IMG/VR virus record: IMGVR_UViG_3300049017_000038
Span: 1-33,825 of that record
DNA from: a virus
Lineage: Duplodnaviria; Caudoviricetes
Length of the DNA: 33,825 bases
Strand: one strand, 5' to 3'
Positions 1-7,882 of the stretch are shown piece by piece (the stretch's first letter is position 1; each line of letters begins with the position of its first letter). The notes beneath the pieces are model-generated. The model worked only from the letters and a program-made list of their open reading frames with translations, was not told the origin of the DNA and did not search any database. The translations under genes and the position numbers were made by a program.

Positions 1-591
1 GATACGAACAAGATACTCATCATTTCCCAGCGGCGTTGACGTGCCACTGAGGGCCGTCGCACCAGTACCGAAGGTTATAGCGGCAACGGTGACAGCTCCT
101 GTCGCGCAATTGAAAAGAGCCCTGAATCCGTTGGTGGCTGTCGCACTATCATTTACTTGCAGGCGCAAGTAGCGTTGAGCACTTCCGGGCAGCGCCTTCA
201 AGACGCATTCCCAAGTTAGCGTTTCACCAGGGACTACCGCCAGGGTGTTTTTGCGAATCTCGTGGGTGCTGGACCCAACAACCTCGGTCAGGCTGCCAAG
301 CGATTTGCCATCAGCTGACGTGTAAGCGCCGTCCACCGCTGTGGCACTTGTCTTCGCCCAGTACGCATTGGCTGGCTGCTCGCTGCGCTCGATCCAGTTG
401 CGCCGCACCAGCAGCGTGTTCGGGTCATAGGCTTCGTAGACCAGCCCCTGCTCGTTGTTGCGGAACCAGTCGCGGTAGTTCCAGCGTTTCGGCAACGCCG
501 CACGCCCGCTGCCGAACATGTGAATGAAGCCGCCCTGTCGCGCCCGCGAGGTGCGCTTGAGTCGGCCAGGAAACTTGCCGCTACCGAACAT
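1..591 (-). CDS. Putative virion head-spike/fibre protein with carbohydrate-binding-like domain; 3' end runs off the window, absent from the ORF track
   Basis: Hand translation from ATG at 591 is open to position 1: MFGSGKFPGRLKRTSRARQGGFIHMFGSGRAALPKRWNYRDWFRNNEQGLVYEAYDPNTLLVRRNWIERSEQPANAYWAKTSAT... The RRNW..SEQ..NA.W.K segment resembles the 'RNLL.xSE.F.NA.W.K' motif of phage fibre domains. Starts 2 nt after the upstream stop codon. Confidence 0.7.
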   Translation of the reverse strand, partial: MFGSGKFPGRLKRTSRARQGGFIHMFGSGRAALPKRWNYRDWFRNNEQGLVYEAYDPNTLLVRRNWIERSEQPANAYWAKTSATAVDGAYTSADGKSLGSLTEVVGSSTHEIRKNTLAVVPGETLTWECVLKALPGSAQRYLRLQVNDSATATNGFRALFNCATGAVTVAAITFGTGATALSGTSTPLGNDEYLVRI

Positions 592-593
592 GA

Positions 594-1541
594 TCAAGCC
601 ACCAGTTGAACGATCAGGTCGCGACCGGCGCCTTGGTTGACTGGCGTCGCTGACGTGCCGCTGCGAATCTTGATGTACCGGATGCCCAGGAAGTCGGAGA
701 TCGGCAGAATGATGGAGCGTGATGCATCGGCGACGACGGTGTACTCGACCCCGTAGCTGTCGTAGAGGTTGTTCCACGTCGCGTTGTCGTAGCTGGCCTG
801 GAAGGTAAGGTTCGCTGCCGTCCAGGTGGCAGGCATGGCGATACGCGCAGCCCGAGCCAGGCCCAGGTCGTAGCCGGTGCTCAGGCTGGCGCCGTTGGCG
901 ATGTTGACGGTGACGCTGGAAAGCTGGCCGGACGCGACCGTCCACGTCGTGTCGGAACCAGGTGCCACGCTCAGGCTGTTGGCAGCGGTCTTAATGCCAA
1001 GCGTTGTCGGAAGTTGCGCCCCGATGGCGATGAGCTTGTCCACCGCGTTCGACAACCAGCCGATGATGCCCGTGCCGCCAGCACCGAGGGCCGGGGATGC
1101 CGTGACCTTGGTGCCGATCTGCGCGTCGTCGGTTGCCAGCACCACCGGCATGCTGTTGGCACTGGTCGCCGCGCCGAGCGCTGTCGGCAAGCCTTTGACG
1201 AAGTTAGCGATGGTCGAAAGCCAACCGATGATGCCTGTGCCGCCCGCGCCGAGCGCCGTTACAGCCGTGACCTTGGTGCCGAGCAACGCAATGGCGCTCG
1301 TCCAGTTCTGCAAGCCGCGCTTGATCAGTGCGATGAGGCTGTAGACGCCTGTATCGTCAGCCGCGGCAGCATCGGCCTTCGCGCCGACGTTCGCTAGGTC
1401 GGCTTCATCGACGTTGATCGTGACGCCATCGAGCAGCAGATGCGCCGCGATGGTTTCGGCGTACACGCCGGGTGAGATTTCCTTCAGTTGCCCAACGGCA
1501 CGCGGCTTCTTGCCGCCGAAGTTAAATGTTTTGTCAGCCAT
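594..1541 (-). CDS. Putative virion appendage protein, 315 aa: internal 55-aa repeats and a C-terminal jelly-roll-like spike-base domain
   Basis: GGAG RBS upstream; rich in Ala/Gly/Thr; GTKVTA..ALGAGGTGIIGWLS occurs twice; C-terminal IANGASLS...MPATWTAANLTFQAS.D motif is typical of small beta-sandwich phage structural proteins. Confidence 0.6.
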   Translation of the reverse strand: MADKTFNFGGKKPRAVGQLKEISPGVYAETIAAHLLLDGVTINVDEADLANVGAKADAAAADDTGVYSLIALIKRGLQNWTSAIALLGTKVTAVTALGAGGTGIIGWLSTIANFVKGLPTALGAATSANSMPVVLATDDAQIGTKVTASPALGAGGTGIIGWLSNAVDKLIAIGAQLPTTLGIKTAANSLSVAPGSDTTWTVASGQLSSVTVNIANGASLSTGYDLGLARAARIAMPATWTAANLTFQASYDNATWNNLYDSYGVEYTVVADASRSIILPISDFLGIRYIKIRSGTSATPVNQGAGRDLIVQLVA

Positions 1542-1571
1542 GGTTTTTCTCCGTTGGGTCTGTGATCGAGG

Positions 1572-2237
1572 TTAGGGTTGCGTGACTTCGACAGACCGCA
1601 GCAGCAAGTTGCCTTGGATGTCGCCGTCGAGAATGAGGGTGCCTGCGGCCGACACCGAGCCTGCGATGTAGTTCAGCGATCCGACGCTCACGTCATCGAC
1701 GAACAGTTCCACCTTGGTCGGGCTCACGTCGTAGCGGAACGTCATGTCCACGCCGAAGTCGATAGGCACGTGCCACGGTGCCCCGAAGCCGTTCGCCCGC
1801 ATCGTGCTGTTGCCCACGACCATGCCGCCGATCTCCAGCGTGTTGGCGTCGGAGAACACATGGTCGAAATAGATGCGGTACGACTGGTCGGCCAGCGCGT
1901 TCATGTAGATGTCGAACCACATGTTGCTGTAGGCCGGGAAGTTCATGACGAACGTCGTGCTGTTCGTCTCGGGCATCGCCAGGCCCACGACCAATGCCGT
2001 GCCTTCGGCGCCGCCCGTTGTCAGGTTGCCGCTGCCATCCAGGGTGAAGTTCGCCAGCCCCGTCGCGTTGCCGTAGTTCGCGCTGTTGGCGTAGCTGTGG
2101 CCCGAGTCCGACGTGTGGGCCGACAGCGGGCCGGCCGCACCCGTGAACGTTTCAAGGAACAGCGCACTGATCGCGGCGGCAACAGCCGTGCGCCGGCTGA
2201 CGCCGGACGCACGAGTGGAGGTGGCACGTGAACGCAT
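1572..2237 (-). CDS. Putative fibre/lectin-like virion protein, 221 aa
   Basis: Arg-rich N-terminal peptide, then FLETFTG...LSAHTSDSG and a beta-rich ConA-like body (VELFVDDVSVG). TAATG overlap with the upstream gene at 2237. Confidence 0.55.
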   Translation of the reverse strand: MRSRATSTRASGVSRRTAVAAAISALFLETFTGAAGPLSAHTSDSGHSYANSANYGNATGLANFTLDGSGNLTTGGAEGTALVVGLAMPETNSTTFVMNFPAYSNMWFDIYMNALADQSYRIYFDHVFSDANTLEIGGMVVGNSTMRANGFGAPWHVPIDFGVDMTFRYDVSPTKVELFVDDVSVGSLNYIAGSVSAAGTLILDGDIQGNLLLRSVEVTQP

Positions 2238-2650
2238 TACGCGGCGTCGGCTTGACCCAAGCCCGTGATGTCAAGCTGGGCGGCTTCCACGCCGTCGTCG
2301 CAGATGATCGAGATGTGCGTCTCGGCCGCGTTCAGGATGAACTCCATGCGCTCGCCGTCTGCCATGGCGTGCGAAGTCGTCGTGGCTTCCACGTCCTCGT
2401 CGCCCAGCTTGAAGCGCAGCCGGCCACCGCTGGCGAGCACCGAGATCGCACCGCCGTTGTCAGGCAACACGACCGCGGCAGCAGCCACGCTGTCCGACGC
2501 ACAGGTGATCTTGGTTGCGCCGCCCAGCGGCCACAGGTTGACCGCGGCCATGGCCTTACCGAACGCAGAGCCACCGACGTTGCGGTATTCCTCGCGAAGC
2601 CTGGGCGCGCGGGTGTTGCGAGCGTTCACTGCGACATCGGTAGAAGACAT
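2237..2650 (-). CDS. Hypothetical virion protein, possible spike base, 137 aa
   Basis: Beta-strand-rich C-terminal ~90 aa (RFKLGDEDVEATTTSHAM...THISII); RBS-like AAAGGGGA upstream; coupled to the downstream gene. Confidence 0.5.
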   Translation of the reverse strand: MSSTDVAVNARNTRAPRLREEYRNVGGSAFGKAMAAVNLWPLGGATKITCASDSVAAAAVVLPDNGGAISVLASGGRLRFKLGDEDVEATTTSHAMADGERMEFILNAAETHISIICDDGVEAAQLDITGLGQADAA

Positions 2651-2662
2651 GCGTTGTCCCCT

Positions 2663-2881
2663 TTAGATGTCGCTGAACTGAGCCATCTTGGCCCACACCG
2701 GCTGCGCCTTGGTGCCGGTGTTCTTGTACCAGTGGCCGTTGGTCCGGTCGATGATCATCGAGCCCTTGCCGTACTCGCCTTCCCCGGTTGCGGGCGGCGT
2801 GCCGTCCGTGTAATCGACGGGCACGCCGTCCATGACAGCGATGGCGGTGTCGTCTTTTTCGACAAGCAAATGAACACTCAT
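2663..2881 (-). CDS. Small putative virion protein, 72 aa
   Basis: AGGAG RBS; G.G.YGKGSMIIDRTNG.WY.NTGT...P.W motif of the kind seen in phage fibre/head appendage proteins. Confidence 0.6.
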   Translation of the reverse strand: MSVHLLVEKDDTAIAVMDGVPVDYTDGTPPATGEGEYGKGSMIIDRTNGHWYKNTGTKAQPVWAKMAQFSDI

Positions 2882-2912
2882 GGGAATCTCCTAAGTAGCG
2901 TGGTTGAAAAGA

Positions 2913-3473
2913 TTAAGGACCGCCGCAGATCGCAGCGCGGTCGTTGGTGATGATGTTCTTCAGGGTTTCGACGGCGGCGTCTCGGGCTGCAAGAAGGCTT
3001 CGACCTTCGACAACCAGGCTGAAGCCTTCGCTTGCCAAGCCGTAGAGGACGCCGTTTCGATCTGCGACACGCTGGCAGGCAGCGGGGTCGTCTTTGGCTG
3101 CGTCGCGATCACGGGCGGCTGCGGCGGCTGCGTTGCCGCGCACCCGGTCAGCCCGAGCGAGATCAGCAACACGACGAGAATCAGCATCTCGTAGCTTTTG
3201 AGAGTAGGCATCGACGATCTCCTGTTGTTGCTTCGCGTGCGTGGCTTGCATCTCCGCGCGCTTGTCGGCGTACTGACGGGCAGCGTTTTCGCGCTCGGCC
3301 CGCAACGTCGCAGCATCGCGTTCGAGCGTGGCGACTTTCGTCTGGCCTTGCGACACGCGATAGGTTTGGACGGCCAATGCAGAACCGCCGCCGATCACGA
3401 GGACTGCGATGGCGGCGGCGTAGACGTAACCGGGGATCACGTCGAAGACTTTCAACCAGGGCAGCGGGATCAT
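2913..3473 (-). CDS. Rz: i-spanin (Rz-like), 186 aa
   Basis: N-terminal TM segment (YVYAAAIAVLVIGGGSALAV) then an Ala-rich coiled coil with late Cys residues; ATGA overlap with the endolysin stop at 3470-3473; contains the embedded lipoprotein gene. Confidence 0.85.
   Translation of the reverse strand: MIPLPWLKVFDVIPGYVYAAAIAVLVIGGGSALAVQTYRVSQGQTKVATLERDAATLRAERENAARQYADKRAEMQATHAKQQQEIVDAYSQKLRDADSRRVADLARADRVRGNAAAAAARDRDAAKDDPAACQRVADRNGVLYGLASEGFSLVVEGRSLLAARDAAVETLKNIITNDRAAICGGP
2960..3211 (-). CDS. Rz1: o-spanin lipoprotein (Rz1-like), fully embedded in Rz in another frame
   Basis: AGGAG then ATG at 3211: MPTLKSYEMLILVVLLISLGLTG|C lipobox, followed by a Pro-rich mature region (QPPQPP). 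Confidence 0.85.
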   Translation of the reverse strand: MPTLKSYEMLILVVLLISLGLTGCAATQPPQPPVIATQPKTTPLPASVSQIETASSTAWQAKASAWLSKVEAFLQPETPPSKP

Positions 3474-4105
3474 GCGCAGACCCTCACGCACAGGTCGGCC
3501 AGGCGCTGGCGTTCCTTCTTGCCGATCACCCCGCCGTTGACGGCCAGGGTTTCGTCGGTCACGTCATTGGTGTCGATGGCCTCGTCCGGCACGTCCGCTT
3601 CCCACAGCACGATGAACGAGCGCAGGGCGTAGGTCGGGTCGATCAACAGGTCGGGATCGGCCAGGAGGTCGATGCCCATCAGGTCGCCGATGCGCCGGTA
3701 GTTGTTCTTGCCGGTGATCTGCCCGCCGCGGCCCCGGAACTTCCAGCCGTCGCCGGGCTCGTCGTTGCCCATGCGGCCACCGTAGACGGCCTCAGCGAAG
3801 CCGCGAGGGTTGCGCCCTAGCTCCAGGGCACGCGGCACCAGTGAACGCCAGCGGGTGCCTGGCTTGGACGCCATGCCGATCTCGCTGATGCGGCCGGCGC
3901 TGTAGTTCAGGTTCTCTTCGAGGTGTTCGAGCATCCCCGTCTCGTGGAGGAACTGCGCCAGGAACACCGGGACTTCGGCGTCGCCGGCCGAGAACGTGTC
4001 GTCGGTGATCTCGGCAGCGAAGACGGGTGCCCATCGCTCGGCTACGGAGTGTCGAACCCCGCATTCGCCTAGCACCCGAAGCCATTCCGCTGCATCGCGC
4101 GCCAT
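3470..4105 (-). CDS. Endolysin, glycoside hydrolase family 19 (chitinase-like), 211 aa
   Basis: FLAQFLHET, EENLNYS, YGGRMGN..PGDGWKFRGRG.QITGKNNY and terminal VNGG motifs; lies directly upstream of the spanins. Confidence 0.92.
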   Translation of the reverse strand: MARDAAEWLRVLGECGVRHSVAERWAPVFAAEITDDTFSAGDAEVPVFLAQFLHETGMLEHLEENLNYSAGRISEIGMASKPGTRWRSLVPRALELGRNPRGFAEAVYGGRMGNDEPGDGWKFRGRGGQITGKNNYRRIGDLMGIDLLADPDLLIDPTYALRSFIVLWEADVPDEAIDTNDVTDETLAVNGGVIGKKERQRLADLCVRVCA

Positions 4106-4164
4106 AAGGCACCCCCGTCTTTTTTACCTGCTCTTTGGTGGACCCCTCCACCGTTTGTACCGGC

Positions 4165-4192
4165 ATTCTACAACTGATGAGCCATAAGGCAA
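4165..4192 (-). promoter_or_regulatory. Candidate sigma70 promoter for the lysis genes
   Basis: Minus strand TTGCCT-N16-TAGAAT, about 60 nt upstream of the endolysin ATG. Confidence 0.4.
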
Positions 4193-4217
4193 GAAAATGT
4201 GCTAGGCGGGCTCCGGT

Positions 4218-6284
4218 TTAGAGGTTAGGGAAGGGTGCGACAGGCGGGGTAAATGCCGATGTATAGCGGGCAAGACCTTTGGTGATGCGCAAGTCATCGA
4301 TGTGGCCTGACAAGTTGCTGACCGCGGGGTTCGTCCCGTTGGCACCAATGATGGGGCGAGACGCGCCTACGATGTAGTTGGCGCTATCGGCGTAGGTACT
4401 GCCTATTTGCGTGCCCGCTATAAAGGTCCGAAGGCTTCCGCCGGCCCTAGTGACTGCAACATGCGTCCACGTATTGAGGGACATGCCGTGCGCCGTGTCC
4501 ACCGCAGAAACGCTGTCCGTGAAAGTCCTAACGTTCGTGTCGCTGAGCCCCAGGAAGAGGTAAGGCCCGTTGGTGCCAGCCGGGCGAAAGTCGATCAGAC
4601 ATGAGTAAACCCCCGCTGACCAGGCCACCATGCGCACCCACATCTCAATGGTGAAATCACCCGTGCCGAAGGCGAATACGCTGGAGCCGTCCAGGGTGAG
4701 ATAGTCGCCCGTGCCGTCAAACAATGCCGAGGCTTCGCCCCATTTGCTTTGCGCAGTGCTGATCTGTGCGTTGCCGTTGGCTGTGACTGTTTTGCCGAGC
4801 GCAGAATCGGTGAAGGTCGTAGACCCGTTGGCGCCGTTGCAATGAAGAAGCAACGTGACACCGTACTCTGGAAAAGCCGCTGTCGGTGGAGTGAATGATG
4901 ACGTGTAGCGCGCCACGCCGTTGGTAATGCGCAAGTCGTCTACCCATCCATTGAACTCGCGGTCGCCGCTCGGAAAGCCGCCGAACAAACGCAACAACTG
5001 TGTTGAATTTGTCTTGCTCCAGGTCGCCCGACTAGCCTCTAGGACGCCGTTGATGAATAGCCTGAAAGTCACACCATCGTCTGAGACGGCAACGTGATAC
5101 CAAGTGCCCGCCGAAAGACTGGTGGATGACGGCAGCGAGGTAAACAACCAACTCGCGTTGTCGGTTGACCCGAAGCAGTTAAGCGTGCCGGCCGGGTCCA
5201 AGTCAATGCGAATCGGCGCGAATCCTCCCGTTCCATCACTCTGCTGGAAAAGCCACGAACTTGTCGCCTTTAAGGTTTCCGGTCGAATCCAAAACTCTAT
5301 CGTGTAGGCGCCAGCAAAGTGCCAGGCGGCTGAGTCCGCCAAGGACAAGCACGTGCTCGGAGTGTTCTGACCATCAAAATAGCAGCTTGCGGTCCCATAC
5401 TTATTTTGCGCCGTACTGATCTGCGCGTTCCCATTGGCCGTAACAGTGAGGGCGTCCGGTCCGCTGTCCGTGAACGTCGTTGACCCGTTCGCGCCGTTCC
5501 CATGCAATAACAACGACACATTGGAGAAATATGGATCGCCGAAGTACGGGTCAACGTGGTCAGGGAATTGCGCTGACGGTGGTGTGAACGTGGCCGTGTA
5601 GCGGGCAACACCTTTGGTGATGCGCAGATCGTCGATATAGCCAGAGAGATAGCCGGTAGGCGACGCCGTATGAGAGCCAATGGTCGGTCCGTAGTCAGTG
5701 TCGAACGCGCTTGCCGTCGTTGCTGTTGTCGCAAGGAGATTGCCGTCCGCGAACGTCAGCAACGCCGTCCCCGTATGGACATACGCGACATGAATCCATG
5801 TGTCTACGGTCGGGGAAAATACGCCGTTAGAGTGCATGGCGCTTGCCGACGTGCCGTCCGGGCTGACGCTGCCTTGCAACGTATACACCCCACCGCTGTT
5901 ATCTATGACCAAGCTCCATGAACGCTTGGGTGTGCCTGTGCTCCACCGCGCGACAATCGCAGCTTGGGTGCCGGGCGACGGCAATGCCGACAGGCGCACC
6001 CATCCTTCTATGGTGTAAACATTACCAAGGTCCCAATCAGCCGAGTCGGCCACCGACAAGTAGTCGCCTGAACCGTCCAGAGCTAAGCTGGCGCCGCCGA
6101 ATTTCGATTGCGCAGTAGCAATTTGCGCGTTGCCGTTCACGCTCCACGTCTTGGGACTAGGCGCGTTGTCGGCAATAGAGGTAGAGCCATTCGACCCGTT
6201 CAAATGCAAGAGCGTCACCACGTTCGCAATGAAACTGTCACCCGCGGCGCCACCGAAGCGATAAGGGTTAAGCAGGAAGCTCAT
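4218..6284 (-). CDS. Tail fibre / receptor-binding protein with three tandem LamG (ConA-like) domains, 688 aa
   Basis: Three copies of V.LLLH.NG.NGST...NGNAQI.TAQ.K.G...FDG...W.HVA...IDDLRITKG.ARYT..FTPP...FP; N-terminal MSFLLNPYRF; ATGA overlap with the upstream gene. Confidence 0.88.
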   Translation of the reverse strand: MSFLLNPYRFGGAAGDSFIANVVTLLHLNGSNGSTSIADNAPSPKTWSVNGNAQIATAQSKFGGASLALDGSGDYLSVADSADWDLGNVYTIEGWVRLSALPSPGTQAAIVARWSTGTPKRSWSLVIDNSGGVYTLQGSVSPDGTSASAMHSNGVFSPTVDTWIHVAYVHTGTALLTFADGNLLATTATTASAFDTDYGPTIGSHTASPTGYLSGYIDDLRITKGVARYTATFTPPSAQFPDHVDPYFGDPYFSNVSLLLHGNGANGSTTFTDSGPDALTVTANGNAQISTAQNKYGTASCYFDGQNTPSTCLSLADSAAWHFAGAYTIEFWIRPETLKATSSWLFQQSDGTGGFAPIRIDLDPAGTLNCFGSTDNASWLFTSLPSSTSLSAGTWYHVAVSDDGVTFRLFINGVLEASRATWSKTNSTQLLRLFGGFPSGDREFNGWVDDLRITNGVARYTSSFTPPTAAFPEYGVTLLLHCNGANGSTTFTDSALGKTVTANGNAQISTAQSKWGEASALFDGTGDYLTLDGSSVFAFGTGDFTIEMWVRMVAWSAGVYSCLIDFRPAGTNGPYLFLGLSDTNVRTFTDSVSAVDTAHGMSLNTWTHVAVTRAGGSLRTFIAGTQIGSTYADSANYIVGASRPIIGANGTNPAVSNLSGHIDDLRITKGLARYTSAFTPPVAPFPNL

Positions 6285-6994
6285 GTCGGACGCCCAATCA
6301 AATAGACCTTGAGGCCCGCAGCCGTACCGCTGCCGACTTGATCCACGTCAACGCTGATTTCCGCATCGTTCGCCAGCGACGTGTCCGACATGACTGCGGC
6401 GGTCGCGGCGGTCGTGCTCGTCAACTCCGTGTTGTCGATAGTGAGTTTTGTGGACAGGATGGTCGCGCCGGCTTCGTTGATGTCCACCGTGAAAATCGAT
6501 CCGCTGGATTGGGCCGTCGTCAGGGAACAGCGTACATCGAACAGCGAGAATGCATAGGGCATCCGAAACTTCACCTTGGCCGTTCCGGCCGTGATTGCGG
6601 TCGTCTCGTCGCTGCATGCAACCGCAATCACCTGAAGCCGTTCGCTGCGCGCCCAAGCAGAGCCGCTGTAGCGGTACATGTACGTCTCGTCCACCACGTA
6701 CACTTCCCATCCACTCTTGGGGGTGAAGAACTCCCATGCGTCAGGGCTCAACGCCGTTGACCAGCGCGCGATCTTGCCGGCGTTGCCGGCCCACGCACCC
6801 GTCGCACCCGCGGCCACGATGTAGGCGTCACCGTCTGCCGGCGAGCCAGGCGGCGCCGTCAAGTCTTTGTCGAGCACGCGGGACTGCACCAACAGATCGA
6901 ACCCGCGCCATTGCGCCATCAGTTCGTCGTAGTGCTCTTCGCCGGCATCTCCGTTGACGAGCAAGCCAAGGTTGGGTCCGTTGGTCAATGACAT
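6281..6994 (-). CDS. DUF2793-type tail fibre attachment/adaptor protein, 237 aa
   Basis: LLVQSRVLDKDLTAPPGSPADGDAYIVAAGATGAWAG...W.F.TP..GW is the DUF2793 signature; C-terminal SDETTAIT.GTAK..FRMPYAF...GLKVYLIG beta domain. Confidence 0.8.
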   Translation of the reverse strand: MSLTNGPNLGLLVNGDAGEEHYDELMAQWRGFDLLVQSRVLDKDLTAPPGSPADGDAYIVAAGATGAWAGNAGKIARWSTALSPDAWEFFTPKSGWEVYVVDETYMYRYSGSAWARSERLQVIAVACSDETTAITAGTAKVKFRMPYAFSLFDVRCSLTTAQSSGSIFTVDINEAGATILSTKLTIDNTELTSTTAATAAVMSDTSLANDAEISVDVDQVGSGTAAGLKVYLIGRPT

Positions 6995-7006
6995 TTTGCT
7001 TTTCCT

Positions 7007-7876
7007 TTAAGGCGTGACGCCGCCGAGAGATTCACCCAGGCGGAAGCCTAGGCCGTAGGGTTGAATGTAGTCGAGCATGAAATCGATGCGGTAGGCGTAG
7101 GTGGAGTCCAGGTCGTCACGCGATGACGCGAGCAGCGCGTACACGTTGATCGGATCGGCAAGTTCCGAGATCAACCCAACGTAGTCCAGTTGGGCCATCG
7201 CCATCGTGTAGGTAAAGCTGGTGCCGCTGATGGCGTCGTACTCGGCCACGAGGTTGTCGTCCTCGTCGTAGAACCGCACGACGTAGGTTGTGCCGGCTTC
7301 AGGGCCGACGCTCGCTTCCGTGTGGCCCACGAGTTGGTCCGACTGCACCACGCGGTCACGATGCACCCAAGTGAACGCAAGTTCGTCGTCATCGAGCAGC
7401 ATCATGAAGCCGAACGTGAACCACGGGTCGCCGTTGACGAGCACGTTGGCAGGCGGGTACGGCCTGGCGAAGCGGAAGTTGAAGGTCAACTCGTTGGGCG
7501 GGCTGCTACCCACCGGCACCATGCCGCCGCCCGACGTGTACGGCAGAATCTTCACGCCGATGGTTTCCGTGCCGATGTACGCGCGCCTGTCGGTGGCAAT
7601 CGAATTCTTGAACAGCCAGATGTCGGCGTTGGCCGAGTGCGGCGCAGGGATCGTGTCGTAGCAGCCGCGCGCCACGCCGATCACGCCCGTGCCGATGGAC
7701 GTGATGCGCATGATCTCGTCGTCCACCATCACGCCGTCGCCGACAACCGGGTCCGTGCCGTTGGTCTTGTAGTTCGTCCAGTACAGCGTGCTCGTCAGGT
7801 ACGACACGTCAGCGGCCAGGCGCGCGACGCCCGCGAACGCTCCGCTGCCTCGAATTGTGTAATCGCTGTCAGCCAT
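7007..7876 (-). CDS. Tail tip protein, C-terminal-type module, 289 aa
   Basis: VDDEIMRI...VARGCYDTIPAPH, RFARPYPP, WVHRDRVVQSDQL, VGPEAGTTY motifs typical of Chi/YuA-like tail tip C-termini; ends in a Gly/aromatic tail (YGLGFRLGESLGG). Confidence 0.75.
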   Translation of the reverse strand: MADSDYTIRGSGAFAGVARLAADVSYLTSTLYWTNYKTNGTDPVVGDGVMVDDEIMRITSIGTGVIGVARGCYDTIPAPHSANADIWLFKNSIATDRRAYIGTETIGVKILPYTSGGGMVPVGSSPPNELTFNFRFARPYPPANVLVNGDPWFTFGFMMLLDDDELAFTWVHRDRVVQSDQLVGHTEASVGPEAGTTYVVRFYDEDDNLVAEYDAISGTSFTYTMAMAQLDYVGLISELADPINVYALLASSRDDLDSTYAYRIDFMLDYIQPYGLGFRLGESLGGVTP

Positions 7877-7882
7877 GGGGCC

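Noticed and set aside
520-545. Prepilin-like RQGG|F cleavage motif
   Set aside because: No Glu at +5 and no hydrophobic helix follows.
2150-2237. Tat signal peptide (SRRTAVAAAISALFL)
   Set aside because: Poor match to S-R-R-x-F-L-K, short hydrophobic region, and a virion-gene context that favours a docking peptide or linker.
1-6284. Diversity-generating retroelement acting on the fibres
   Set aside because: No reverse transcriptase and no near-identical TR/VR pair differing at adenines in this window; it cannot be excluded outside the window.
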